This document shows positions 46,221 through 55,345 of a DNA stretch of 64,000 nt, piece after piece. The position numbers and the translations under genes were made by a program. Each line of letters begins with the position of its first letter. Positions within the stretch are counted from its first letter, which is position 1. Below the pieces are notes generated by a model. The model made no database searches. It had not been told where the DNA came from and saw only the letters and a list, made by a program, of their open reading frames with translations. The stretch covers positions 186,001 through 250,000 of IMG/VR virus record IMGVR_UViG_3300017917_002434; one strand, written 5' to 3'.

Positions 46221-46784
46221 ATGAAAACACTAAAAGATTACCTAGCTGAGAGTAAAAAAACCTACGGATTTCGCATCAAAGTAGCAGGTCCCTTGCCAGA
46301 AGGCTTTGAAGATAGAGCCAAAGCAAAAATGGGCAAATACGGCTGCGGCAAATTTGAAAAGGTTGCTACTACTCCTATCCAAAAAACTGCTCTAGAGTTC
46401 CTAGACCTATCAAACATTGAAGTTACTGTTTTTGAGTGTGAGTGTTCATACCCAGTAACACCACAGCAGGTACAGGTAGATATCCATGAGTCTACTGGTA
46501 TTTCTAATACTCATCTAAGAGTTAGAAATGTTAATGATCCATTTGAACAAGCAGAACCCCTAGGCGATCCTAGTGGAAAAGCATTGTTAAATGACAGCGA
46601 ATTAAAAGATGCTGAAAAAATCAAACACAAAGAAAATTTTGGAAATGAATTTACAGCATCGTTCTTGAAAGATATTGCTAAAGTCAGCAAAGAAAGAACA
46701 AAAGAATCAAATCAGGGCGAATATAAGATGCCCAAAACACCTAAACAAGATAAAGCAGGCATGAAAAGTGCCTTGGGGAGTTAA
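46221..46784 (+). CDS. Hypothetical protein with capsid-targeting-like N-terminus (187 aa)
   Basis: MKTLKDYLAE|SKK; TAAATA-N5-ATG start. Confidence 0.5.
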   Translation: MKTLKDYLAESKKTYGFRIKVAGPLPEGFEDRAKAKMGKYGCGKFEKVATTPIQKTALEFLDLSNIEVTVFECECSYPVTPQQVQVDIHESTGISNTHLRVRNVNDPFEQAEPLGDPSGKALLNDSELKDAEKIKHKENFGNEFTASFLKDIAKVSKERTKESNQGEYKMPKTPKQDKAGMKSALGS

Positions 46785-46785
46785 T

Positions 46786-47328
46786 ATGGATTTTAAAGCT
46801 ATACTAGAAAAGATGGCCGAACTAGATGCTAGTAAGGTATCAGAGGAGTGTGGCATGCCCATGACATCCTCAGCACCAAACACAGCACCACCGTCGATGA
46901 GTATTAATCTTAATGCTCAGGGACTAGATAATATTCAATCGTTAATGCAATTGATTAACAAAGTCAATCCTAGCATGTCAACACCGATGGGAGGAAACAG
47001 TTCCGAGCCCACATTGCCGATGGTCAAACCTGAGCCTTCGATGGCATCTTTAAGAGACAAACTCTTACCTAAAGAGCCGCCAAAATTAGCAGATAACGAC
47101 ATCGATCCAATGGATAACATGGATCGCGAAGAGGAATCATTTGCTAACGCACCAGACGGAGCATCAGAGCCCGAAATCAAACCTATGAGTGCTGCGGTAC
47201 CAAATGGGGACGACTTACATCGTAAGAAACGACAATTCCCTGCTACACAGCCCGGTGATAATCCAATGGCTGTAGAAAATATCAAAGCACAACTAGAAGC
47301 TCTGTTAGCAGAAATTAAATCTAAATAA
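46786..47328 (+). CDS. Hypothetical low-complexity Pro/Met/acidic protein, possible head core protein
   Basis: Start moved to MDFKAILEKM after a GGGGAG SD; helical ends with a disordered-looking middle. Confidence 0.45.
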   Translation: MDFKAILEKMAELDASKVSEECGMPMTSSAPNTAPPSMSINLNAQGLDNIQSLMQLINKVNPSMSTPMGGNSSEPTLPMVKPEPSMASLRDKLLPKEPPKLADNDIDPMDNMDREEESFANAPDGASEPEIKPMSAAVPNGDDLHRKKRQFPATQPGDNPMAVENIKAQLEALLAEIKSK

Positions 47329-47343
47329 TTTCGCAGTTAAACC

Positions 47344-47371
47344 AAATAGGCTCTTCGGAGCCTATTTTTTT
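47344..47371 (+). terminator. Rho-independent terminator with cUUCGg loop
   Basis: aaataggctc-ttcg-gagcctattttttt. Confidence 0.9.
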
Positions 47372-47385
47372 CATTAAATAGTTGT

Positions 47386-48972
47386 ATGGCAAAGTCATTA
47401 GATGGTAATCTCATCAAGAAAGCACATGCCCAGACCAAATATACTTTAGAAGAAGTAAAGCATCTGGAAGCATGTATGGATCCTGTAACAGGACCTTTGT
47501 ATTTCTGTAGGAATTTTTTAAAGATCCAACATCCTGTTCGTGGAAGTATTCCATTTGAACCTTACGAATATCAAGAAAGATTAATACAGGCCTATCACGA
47601 AAACAAGCAGTGTATTGCTATGTTACCTCGTCAGATGGGTAAGACAACCTGTGCCACAGGTTATCTATTATGGTATACAATGTTTGTACCAGAAGCACAG
47701 GTTCTGATCGCTGCTCACAAATATGAGGGTGCTCAGGATATTATGAATCGTTATCGCTATGGTTATGAAAATCTGCCTGACTTTATACGTGCTGGTGTTT
47801 ATAGTTATAATAGGAATACAATCGAGTATGATAATGGTGCTCGTATCCAAGCAACCACAACCACTGAAAACACCGGTCGTGGTAAATCGCTATCCTTAAT
47901 TTACTGTGACGAGTTTGCGTTCGTACAGCCGCCAGAGAAAGCCAAGGAGTTCTGGACTGCCTTATCACCGACATTGTCTACAGGCGGTAAGTGTATTATT
48001 ACATCAACACCAAACTCAGACGAAGATCAGTTTGCTCTTATCTGGACAGAAGCTAACAAAAAGTTTGACGAGTTTGGCAACGAACAAAAACTAGGTACCA
48101 ACGGATTCTACAGTTATTTCGCACACTGGGCAGAGCATCCAGATCGTGATGAAGAGTGGGCTAAGGTAGAACGTGCCAAGATCGGTGAAGAGCGTTTCCG
48201 CCGTGAGTTTGACTGCGAGTTCTTGATCTTTGACGAAACATTAATCAACGCAGTAAAACTAGCCGAACTCAAAGGTAGCGAACCTGTAATGACTATGGGT
48301 CAGACACGTTGGTATAAAGAAATAAATCCGCAGGCCACATATCTCATAGCACTAGATCCTAGCTTGGGCACAGGCGGCGACTATGCTGCCATAGAAGTTT
48401 TTGAGATGCCTGCTATGGAGCAGGTAGCAGAATGGCGACACAATCTAACACCTATACAAAGTCAAGTAAAACATATGAGAGAAATATTAAAATATATTTC
48501 TGAACGATCGATGGAATTAGGTGGACAGCCCCAGATTTATTATTCTGTAGAAAATAATTCGTTAGGCGAAGCAGCATTGATCGTCATTAATGATATAGGC
48601 GAAGAGAATTTTCCTGGACTATTTTTAAGTGAACCTATACGCAAAGGACATGTGCGTAAGTTCCGCAAAGGATTTAACACAACACACAGGACTAAAGTAA
48701 CTGCCTGTAGTCAACTTAAAAATATGCTAGAAACCTATAAGATGAAAATACATAGTAAGCCTCTGATTTCTGAGCTAAAAACATTCGTAGCACACGGTGT
48801 GGGTTTTGGTGCTAAAACAGGAGAACACGACGATCTAGTTTCGTCCACTCTGTTAATCATACGTATGGCTGGTATCTTAGCAGATTGGGATCCGCACATA
48901 TATGAAAAAATGACAGAACGACTGTCTGAAGAACAGTTACCCATGCCCATTTATGTAAGTTCTATATATTAA
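47386..48972 (+). CDS. gp17: Terminase large subunit (T4 gp17-like)
   Basis: 'F..Y.YQ', Walker A 'PRQMGKTT', 'GRG.S..L.Y.DEFAF', 'IITSTPN', nuclease 'ALDPS.G.GGDY', 'HDDLV'. Confidence 0.95.
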   Translation: MAKSLDGNLIKKAHAQTKYTLEEVKHLEACMDPVTGPLYFCRNFLKIQHPVRGSIPFEPYEYQERLIQAYHENKQCIAMLPRQMGKTTCATGYLLWYTMFVPEAQVLIAAHKYEGAQDIMNRYRYGYENLPDFIRAGVYSYNRNTIEYDNGARIQATTTTENTGRGKSLSLIYCDEFAFVQPPEKAKEFWTALSPTLSTGGKCIITSTPNSDEDQFALIWTEANKKFDEFGNEQKLGTNGFYSYFAHWAEHPDRDEEWAKVERAKIGEERFRREFDCEFLIFDETLINAVKLAELKGSEPVMTMGQTRWYKEINPQATYLIALDPSLGTGGDYAAIEVFEMPAMEQVAEWRHNLTPIQSQVKHMREILKYISERSMELGGQPQIYYSVENNSLGEAALIVINDIGEENFPGLFLSEPIRKGHVRKFRKGFNTTHRTKVTACSQLKNMLETYKMKIHSKPLISELKTFVAHGVGFGAKTGEHDDLVSSTLLIIRMAGILADWDPHIYEKMTERLSEEQLPMPIYVSSIY

Positions 48973-48985
48973 GATAAATATAAAC

Positions 48986-50728
48986 ATGGAAGATAATATC
49001 AAAAGTGTAAGCACTGACCTTTTTTACAAGATTAGAAGCCGATTTTCAGGCCTAAAATTAGGATCTGAATTAGGCGAAATTACCATCAACCCAGAAGAAG
49101 CTGTATTCTTTGATTTTGATTACATGGAAGGACAAAATCCTGTCGGACATGTAAGCATCAGTCTAGCTGAGCCTGGAAACATGAAAGTCTACTATAGTAC
49201 AGGTATTACTGAAAATATGGATGCTGTACAGAAAGATACATGGTATGATTTTTTAAGAGGACTTAGAGAATTTGCCAAAAGACGATTAATGAGTTTTGAT
49301 ACACGAGATATTACTAAGGATAATTTAGATCAAAGAGACTTTAGTTTCTTGAGTCAATACGCAAATAATACACCTGTCGGAGAGGGAGTTATGAAAGAAG
49401 GAATGTACGGTACTGCTAAAACCAGTTACCAAAAATTAGAAAACACAAGATTGATCATCAAACACGATCAACAGGTAGATGAAACTAGCCCGGGTGCTCG
49501 AACCAGACACATCAATGCTATGTTCATAGAAAACGGCCAAGGTGAGCGATTTAAATATCCGTTCATTCATTTAGCAGGTGCTCGTGCTATGCAGAGGCAT
49601 GTACAGGAAGGCGGTTTGCCCTACGACGATATTGGCAAACACATCATTGGTATCAGTGAAAAAATCGCACATCTAAAGAATTTTGGAAATTACGTAGTAC
49701 GAAATGATCTCATGAACTCCGAAACTAATGAGATCGTCGGTCGTGCTCATGAAACACTAGATAGTCTAAGAGAAACAATTAAAAAATTAGCCAAGAAAAG
49801 TCATTATGAACAATTTAAGGCACAGTTCCAGGCAGAACAGGTAACAGAGGTACCAGAAGAGTTCATCGAAGATCTAACTAATAAATTTACAGTAAAGAAT
49901 TTCAAAGAAGATATCAAGGCCGCATTCCCTATCATTTATAGCCTAATGCAGACCAAAGAAGATATACATTATGACGACATAGTCGCGATGACTCAACCAA
50001 CTAACGAAGAAGTAGAACTCGACCTCGAAAGCGTAGAAGAATTTGATGATCCATTTTCAAAATTTGAAGATTGGGCTATGAACTTAGGCGAAGATAATGC
50101 TATCACTAGTCAAGACGAAGAAGAAAAAGCAGCAGCAGTAGAAAAATTACAGGCTCTGGTAGGCGAACATTTTCCCGCAGGTGTTGATGGTCAAAACGCC
50201 ATCAGCAGCTTAAAAGGCATAATCGACGATCCCGAACTAGCACGTGAAATCAAAGATGCTGCTAAAGAAGACGCAGACACTTGCGTTCGACCTTTAGTAT
50301 ATCAATGGCTAGAAAATAATGCTCCAGACGTAGTGGACGAATTAGATTTTGGTGACATGGATATGCCAGACGAACCTCAATATGATGACGAAGGCGGAGA
50401 CACAGATGATTCTTACGCTCTAGCATCGGCAGGTCACGGATCTGATGAGGACTATGGAGACTTTGGCAACGAATACGAAGGAATCGATCCCCAAGAACAA
50501 AAAATAAATGTGCAAGAAGTTGCTGAATTTATGTTTACAGGCTATGATCCAATCAAAAAAACATTTCCTAAAGGCCCAGAAGGTATGATCACTATGGTAG
50601 GCAAAAAATTTGGACCAAAGGCCGAATCCGCAGCACGTGAATTAGTGATGCGTATGGCACCTAACCAAAATACACAAGTACCACAGGTAAATGAATTATC
50701 AAGAATCAAAGAATTATCTGGACTATAA
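48986..50728 (+). CDS. Hypothetical protein (580 aa) with very acidic C-terminal third
   Basis: TAAATA-N5-ATG late start; ends 'ELSRIKELSGL'; no recognised catalytic motif. Confidence 0.55.
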   Translation: MEDNIKSVSTDLFYKIRSRFSGLKLGSELGEITINPEEAVFFDFDYMEGQNPVGHVSISLAEPGNMKVYYSTGITENMDAVQKDTWYDFLRGLREFAKRRLMSFDTRDITKDNLDQRDFSFLSQYANNTPVGEGVMKEGMYGTAKTSYQKLENTRLIIKHDQQVDETSPGARTRHINAMFIENGQGERFKYPFIHLAGARAMQRHVQEGGLPYDDIGKHIIGISEKIAHLKNFGNYVVRNDLMNSETNEIVGRAHETLDSLRETIKKLAKKSHYEQFKAQFQAEQVTEVPEEFIEDLTNKFTVKNFKEDIKAAFPIIYSLMQTKEDIHYDDIVAMTQPTNEEVELDLESVEEFDDPFSKFEDWAMNLGEDNAITSQDEEEKAAAVEKLQALVGEHFPAGVDGQNAISSLKGIIDDPELAREIKDAAKEDADTCVRPLVYQWLENNAPDVVDELDFGDMDMPDEPQYDDEGGDTDDSYALASAGHGSDEDYGDFGNEYEGIDPQEQKINVQEVAEFMFTGYDPIKKTFPKGPEGMITMVGKKFGPKAESAARELVMRMAPNQNTQVPQVNELSRIKELSGL

Positions 50729-50747
50729 TAACTTATAACTCGAGATT

Positions 50748-50766
50748 GGGCACTTAGGTGCCCTTT
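50748..50766 (+). terminator. Rho-independent terminator
   Basis: gggcac-ttag-gtgccc-ttt. Confidence 0.7.
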
Positions 50767-50873
50767 CTCTTGATCAATATTACCATTTCACGTTTACCAA
50801 CCATCGGTTGTCGGCGTTAATATATACAGTTGTCGACGAATCTCGACAACAAAAATAAAATGGAGATTTTCAT

Positions 50874-51056
50874 ATGAAATCAGTAGTAACTTTATTCGCT
50901 ACACTCTTCGCAGTTTCTGCTTTTGCCCAAGCACCTGCAGCTCCTGCTAAGAAAGAAGAAGCAAAGCCTGCTGCCGCAGCACCTGCTAAGAAAGAAGAAG
51001 CAAAGCCAGCAGCACCAGCTAAGAAAGAAGAAAAGAAAGACGCAGCCAAGAAGTAA
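50874..51056 (+). CDS. Small secreted Ala/Lys/Pro/Glu-rich peptide (60 aa) with Sec signal peptide
   Basis: GGAG SD; MK + hydrophobic core + AFA|Q cleavage motif; three PAKKEE repeats; own terminator. Confidence 0.75.
   Translation: MKSVVTLFATLFAVSAFAQAPAAPAKKEEAKPAAAAPAKKEEAKPAAPAKKEEKKDAAKK
50943..51031 (+). repeat. Three copies of cc(t/a)gctaagaaagaagaa (PAKKEE) within the small peptide gene
   Basis: Read directly from the sequence. Confidence 0.85.
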
Positions 51057-51064
51057 TTGGTCCG

Positions 51065-51097
51065 AAGAAAGGGTTCTGTAATAGAACCTTTTCTTTT
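51065..51097 (+). terminator. Rho-independent terminator
   Basis: aagaaagggttct-gtaat-agaaccttttctttt. Confidence 0.75.
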
Positions 51098-51130
51098 GGC
51101 GAAAAAAAATATTGTAAACATCTTGTTTTT

Positions 51131-51204
51131 TATAAATAAATCACGCATAATAACAATATGCGTAAGGCATACATTTTAAGGCATATTAAAGGAGGCAATT
51201 TAAA
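51131..51204 (+). promoter_or_regulatory. Perfect T4 late promoter (TATAAATA) and structured/repetitive gp32 leader
   Basis: TATAAATA 51131-51138; hairpin acgcata/tatgcgt 51143-51163; AGGCA at 51165, 51179, 51193; GGAGG SD. Confidence 0.65.
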
Positions 51205-52173
51205 ATGGCAACATTAGCAGAAATCCGTGCGAAACTTCAAGAAGCACAAGCAGGCCAAGGCGGCAAATCAAGCGGCGGCGACAACGCAATCTATCCACAC
51301 TGGAACATGGCAGAAGGTAAAGAAGCAACTATTCGTTTCTTGCCCGACGGTGATTCTAACAACACTTTCTTCTGGATTGAACGAGCAATGATTAAATTGC
51401 CGTTTGCTGGAATCAAAGGTGACACATCAAGTAAACCTGTACAAGTACAAGTTCCTTGTATGGAAATGTGGAATGAAACCTGTCCTATCCTAAGCGAAGT
51501 GCGTGGTTGGTTCAAAGATAAATCACTAGAAGACATGGGTCGTAAGTATTGGAAGAAGCGTTCTTACATCTTCCAAGGCTTCGTTGTTAAGAATCCTATC
51601 GCAGAAGATACAACTCCAGAAAACCCAATTCGCCGATTTATCATCGGTCCTCAAATCTATCAAATCATTAAGAGTGCGTTGATGGATCCTGAGCTAAATG
51701 AACTACCAACTGATTTCAACCACGGTGTTGATTTCCGTATTGCTAAAACTAGCAAAGGTGGTTATGCTGACTACAGCACATCAAAGTGGAGCCGTGTTGA
51801 ACGTGCCCTTAGCGATGAAGAACGTGCGGCAGTCGAAGCACAAGGTCTGTTTAACTTAAAAGACTTCTTACCAAAGAAACCCACAGAAGTAGAACTCAAA
51901 GTCATTAAAGAGATGTTTGAAGCATCTGTCGACGGAGAAGCCTACGATATGGAACGTTGGGGTCAGTACTTCAAACCAGCAGGACTCGGTCAAGCAACAG
52001 GTGATCCAGTAGCACGTCGTTCAGACGATGTACCGGCAGGTGAAGACGATGAGCCGGCAGTAGCCGCTCCGGCCCCTAAGGCAGAGGCAGCACCAGCAAC
52101 AGCAGCCGCAGGTGCTAACAACAGTAGAGCACAAGACATCCTAGCGATGATCCGCTCACGTCAAGGCCAATAA
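51205..52173 (+). CDS. gp32: Single-stranded DNA-binding protein (T4 gp32-like)
   Basis: 'IRFLPD', 'C......CPI', 'YWKKRSYI.QG.V', 'G.DF.I.K..KGGYADY.TS.W', acidic/Ala-rich tail. Confidence 0.85.
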   Translation: MATLAEIRAKLQEAQAGQGGKSSGGDNAIYPHWNMAEGKEATIRFLPDGDSNNTFFWIERAMIKLPFAGIKGDTSSKPVQVQVPCMEMWNETCPILSEVRGWFKDKSLEDMGRKYWKKRSYIFQGFVVKNPIAEDTTPENPIRRFIIGPQIYQIIKSALMDPELNELPTDFNHGVDFRIAKTSKGGYADYSTSKWSRVERALSDEERAAVEAQGLFNLKDFLPKKPTEVELKVIKEMFEASVDGEAYDMERWGQYFKPAGLGQATGDPVARRSDDVPAGEDDEPAVAAPAPKAEAAPATAAAGANNSRAQDILAMIRSRQGQ

Positions 52174-52180
52174 AGCGACA

Positions 52181-52200
52181 GGAGGGGGTAATTCCCCTCC
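52181..52200 (+). terminator. GC-rich stem-loop between gp32 and uvsX
   Basis: ggaggggg-taat-tcccctcc; weak U tract. Confidence 0.55.
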
Positions 52201-52228
52201 ATTCCATTTCTGTGAGGATTGAATAATA

Positions 52229-53308
52229 ATGACAAAAGCATTTGATATTAGTAAATTTAGAAAAAGCCTCACCAAGAGTATTGAAGGTCTTGGTATAGGT
52301 TTTAATGACCCAACTGACTGGGTCTCAACAGGCAATTATGCCTTGAATTATTTGATCAGTGGAGATTTCAAAAAAGGAGTTCCACTAGGAAAAGTGACTG
52401 TGTTCGCAGGCGAATCAGGAGCGGGCAAATCTTATATCTGTTCCGGTAATATGATCAAACATGCTCAAGAACAAGGCATCTACGTAGTATTAGTAGATAG
52501 CGAAAACGCACTAGATCAAGCATGGTTAGAAGCACTAGGTGTAGATACATCAGAAGAAAAACTTCTTAAACTCAATATGGCAATGATTGATGATGTTGCT
52601 AAGACTATTGTTGAGTTTATGAAAGAATACAAAGCTATGCCGGAAGAAACCCGTCCTAAAGTTTTGTTTGTACTTGACTCCCTAGGCATGTTGCTTACTC
52701 CTACAGACGTTAACCAGTTTGAAGCAGGCGATTTGAAAGGTGACATGGGTCGTAAACCCAAGGCATTGACGGCACTTGTTCGTAATTGTGTAAACATGTT
52801 TGGTAGTTATAATGTTGGCCTAGTAGCAACTAATCACACATACGCTTCACAAGATATGTTTGATCCGGATGATAAGATCTCAGGCGGACAGGGCTTTATC
52901 TACGCATCGTCAATCGTTGTTGCTATGAAAAAACTCAAGCTCAAAGAAGACGAAGATGGCAACAAGATTTCAGAAGTCAAAGGTATTCGTGCTGCTTGTA
53001 AGATCATGAAAACTCGCTACGCTAAACCTTTTGAATCAGTACAAGTTAAAATTCCTTATGAAACAGGTATGAATCCATATAGTGGACTGGTCGACCTGTT
53101 CGAAGGAAAGTCTTTGTTAAAGAAAGACGGCAATAGGTTGAGTTTTGTAACCGTCGACGGCGAGATTCTGAAATTCTATCGCAAAGAGTGGGAACGTAAC
53201 GAAGGTGGGTGTTTAGATAAAATTATGGAAGAAGTTTCTAAAGGTACGGTAAAATTAGATTCTGAGATAACTAATAATGTTGAACCCCAACCGGAGACTG
53301 TAGAATGA
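52229..53308 (+). CDS. uvsX: RecA-like recombinase
   Basis: 'STGNYALN.LISG', Walker A 'GESGAGKS', 'DSENA', 'DSLGML', 'NHTY', 'SGG.G..YASS'. Confidence 0.93.
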   Translation: MTKAFDISKFRKSLTKSIEGLGIGFNDPTDWVSTGNYALNYLISGDFKKGVPLGKVTVFAGESGAGKSYICSGNMIKHAQEQGIYVVLVDSENALDQAWLEALGVDTSEEKLLKLNMAMIDDVAKTIVEFMKEYKAMPEETRPKVLFVLDSLGMLLTPTDVNQFEAGDLKGDMGRKPKALTALVRNCVNMFGSYNVGLVATNHTYASQDMFDPDDKISGGQGFIYASSIVVAMKKLKLKEDEDGNKISEVKGIRAACKIMKTRYAKPFESVQVKIPYETGMNPYSGLVDLFEGKSLLKKDGNRLSFVTVDGEILKFYRKEWERNEGGCLDKIMEEVSKGTVKLDSEITNNVEPQPETVE

Positions 53309-53550
53309 AAGAAGATATGATTGCCGATCTTTGGCACGTGATGAGCGAGCACATCCCAGAGAAACAGAAAAAGGATGTAGCATTTGATTTTGTAAATGTC
53401 CTCCTGGACTACGGCATCAAGGAATCAGTGTTAAGCAGCATGCAAGGCATTGATCCTCATCTAGATGAAGCCATTGAATATTCCTTAGATTCTGAAGACG
53501 AAGCAGAATACGAGGAGTATGACAACGATTATAATGAGGACGATGAGTGA
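53305..53550 (+). CDS. Small acidic hypothetical protein (81 aa)
   Basis: Coupled between uvsX and uvsY; D/E-rich tail. Confidence 0.6.
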   Translation: MKEDMIADLWHVMSEHIPEKQKKDVAFDFVNVLLDYGIKESVLSSMQGIDPHLDEAIEYSLDSEDEAEYEEYDNDYNEDDE

Positions 53551-54002
53551 GTTGGTACGACAAAGTCAGTAAAGATATTTCTTATATTCCAGATGCGGCA
53601 CAATTCTATGAAAACGAATTACAGGCTGCTAAACTAGAATGTAAGATTTTTGGAAATATTGAAAAAGTATCAGCATCAATGCCGGGTATAGTCGAGAATC
53701 GTTTTAATCAACTACAAGAGATTGAAGCGATTCTCGAGTACCTTAATATCGAACTGAGACGTTTAAAAAGCCAACATTTTCGTAAGTATCTAGAAAATTA
53801 TCAGCGTAGCCTAAGTTCAAGAGACTGCGAAAAGTTTGTTGATGGTGAAGCAGATGTTGTTGATTTTGAAAAGATCATCAACGAGTTTGCCTTACTTAGA
53901 AACAAATGGTTAGGTGTTATCAAAGCACTGGATCAGAAACAGTGGCAATTGACTAACATCGTTAAATTACGTGTAGCAGGCATGGAAGACGCCTCTCTTT
54001 AA
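53547..54002 (+). CDS. uvsY: Recombination mediator protein
   Basis: About 150 aa helical protein after uvsX; 'Y...LS.RD.EK.VDGE.D', 'K.LD.K.WQL.NIVKLR.AG'; GTG start. Confidence 0.7.
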   Translation: MSWYDKVSKDISYIPDAAQFYENELQAAKLECKIFGNIEKVSASMPGIVENRFNQLQEIEAILEYLNIELRRLKSQHFRKYLENYQRSLSSRDCEKFVDGEADVVDFEKIINEFALLRNKWLGVIKALDQKQWQLTNIVKLRVAGMEDASL

Positions 54003-54634
54003 TAAGACACCATTCCCCATTTATTTTTCTTAGCACCGGCGTAATGGTCAGCGTAAGCACCAAAGGTCTTTTTTACCGGATTCCATTCTCTGGTATCTAA
54101 TCCCACATATCGCAGATTGTGATCATTAAATAATTTGTTCAATAGGCCTTGTCCTTGAAAATCATATTCATGTTCTAAATATTTGCCTACTGATTTTTTA
54201 GTCTTTTCTATGACATACTTTGGCAAATACATAAATCCAGCGTTGAAATAATATTCTCTAGGTACTCCGAGTATCGCTGCTAACCCTTCTACAGATTTTC
54301 CAGGATCGGTAACAGCGTAAAATTGATCTCCACACATTTCGAAAAGATTAGGGGCATTGTCTTTAATAATATAATCAGAATCGAAATAGATGATCTGATC
54401 ATAATTTTCAAAATCGTAGAACTTTAATTTCTGATAGTCTATGTGTTTACCTGCGGCAGGTTTATAGTCGTTAGGATCAGTGACCATATAGTAATCAGCA
54501 CCACAGCGATTAGCATATCTTCTAGCGTTACGTTCACTGATAGCATACATTTCTTGATGAAATGAATATGTTGTTAGCCTATCTGTCTGTACGTAATTGG
54601 GAATATTGATCTGAAATATAATTCTTTTAGGCAT
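53999..54634 (-). CDS. GT-A glycosyltransferase (GT8-like)
   Basis: 'YDQIIYFDSD' DxD, 'YFNAGFM', 'Q..LN', 'HYAG..K'. Confidence 0.7.
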   Translation of the reverse strand: MPKRIIFQINIPNYVQTDRLTTYSFHQEMYAISERNARRYANRCGADYYMVTDPNDYKPAAGKHIDYQKLKFYDFENYDQIIYFDSDYIIKDNAPNLFEMCGDQFYAVTDPGKSVEGLAAILGVPREYYFNAGFMYLPKYVIEKTKKSVGKYLEHEYDFQGQGLLNKLFNDHNLRYVGLDTREWNPVKKTFGAYADHYAGAKKNKWGMVSY

Positions 54635-54655
54635 CTTAAATCCGTTTTAAAACGT

Positions 54656-54673
54656 TATTTAGTTAGATAAATA
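54656..54673. promoter_or_regulatory. Divergent late promoter pair
   Basis: TATTTA 54656-54661 (minus) and TAAATA 54668-54673 (plus). Confidence 0.65.
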
Positions 54674-54694
54674 CTCAGTTAATTAGAGGTTAGA

Positions 54695-55342
54695 ATGAAG
54701 AGTCTAAGAGATAAAATTTCAGATCCGCGATATGATAACGAATTTAGTCAAGTGTTGTTATCTGCCGAGCACCATTTTTATAATTTACATAAAGCTCATA
54801 ACGGAAATTGGCATATGGGGTGGGGAGCATATCTATTCGATGGACGTACCTACGAATACTGTATAGATATGTACGACAAACAAAAGTTATTATATGAAGT
54901 AGCAAAAAATAACAAGTCAGTCCTTGAGATAGGAACGTATGTCGGTCATTCATTATTATTAATGCTTCTTGCTAATCCAAAATTAAGAGCTACTTGTATT
55001 GATATCTCAGATGAGTTCGCTGGTCCGTCTGTCGAATATTTAAGAAAATCTTTTCCTGAAGCAGATATTGAATTCATTCATAAATCTAGTTTAGACGCTC
55101 TTCCTCTGATAGACAAAAAATACGATATGTTCCATATCGATGGCACACATAAAAATAAAATTATTACCATAGAGTTTCATCAGTGTATAGAAAAAAGAAG
55201 TTCAAATATTGTTGATGTTGTTTTTGACGATATATATTCTTGTCAAAAATTATTAGATCAAATCAAAGAAAATATGAATGTATTGGAATCGTCAATTCCC
55301 GGATGTACATTTTCAAACGGATATTTTAAGTTAAAGGTATAA
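54695..55342 (+). CDS. Class I SAM-dependent methyltransferase (Methyltransf_24-like)
   Basis: 'VLEIGTYVGHS', 'CID', 'YDMFHIDGTH', 'VFDD'. Confidence 0.8.
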   Translation: MKSLRDKISDPRYDNEFSQVLLSAEHHFYNLHKAHNGNWHMGWGAYLFDGRTYEYCIDMYDKQKLLYEVAKNNKSVLEIGTYVGHSLLLMLLANPKLRATCIDISDEFAGPSVEYLRKSFPEADIEFIHKSSLDALPLIDKKYDMFHIDGTHKNKIITIEFHQCIEKRSSNIVDVVFDDIYSCQKLLDQIKENMNVLESSIPGCTFSNGYFKLKV

Positions 55343-55345
55343 AGT

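Noticed and set aside
50943-51031. Short repeats as a mini CRISPR array
   Set aside because: They are in-frame coding repeats with very short, similar spacers.
47386-53308. Introns or inteins in terL, gp32 or uvsX
   Set aside because: All are continuous and of normal length, without intein or intron signatures.
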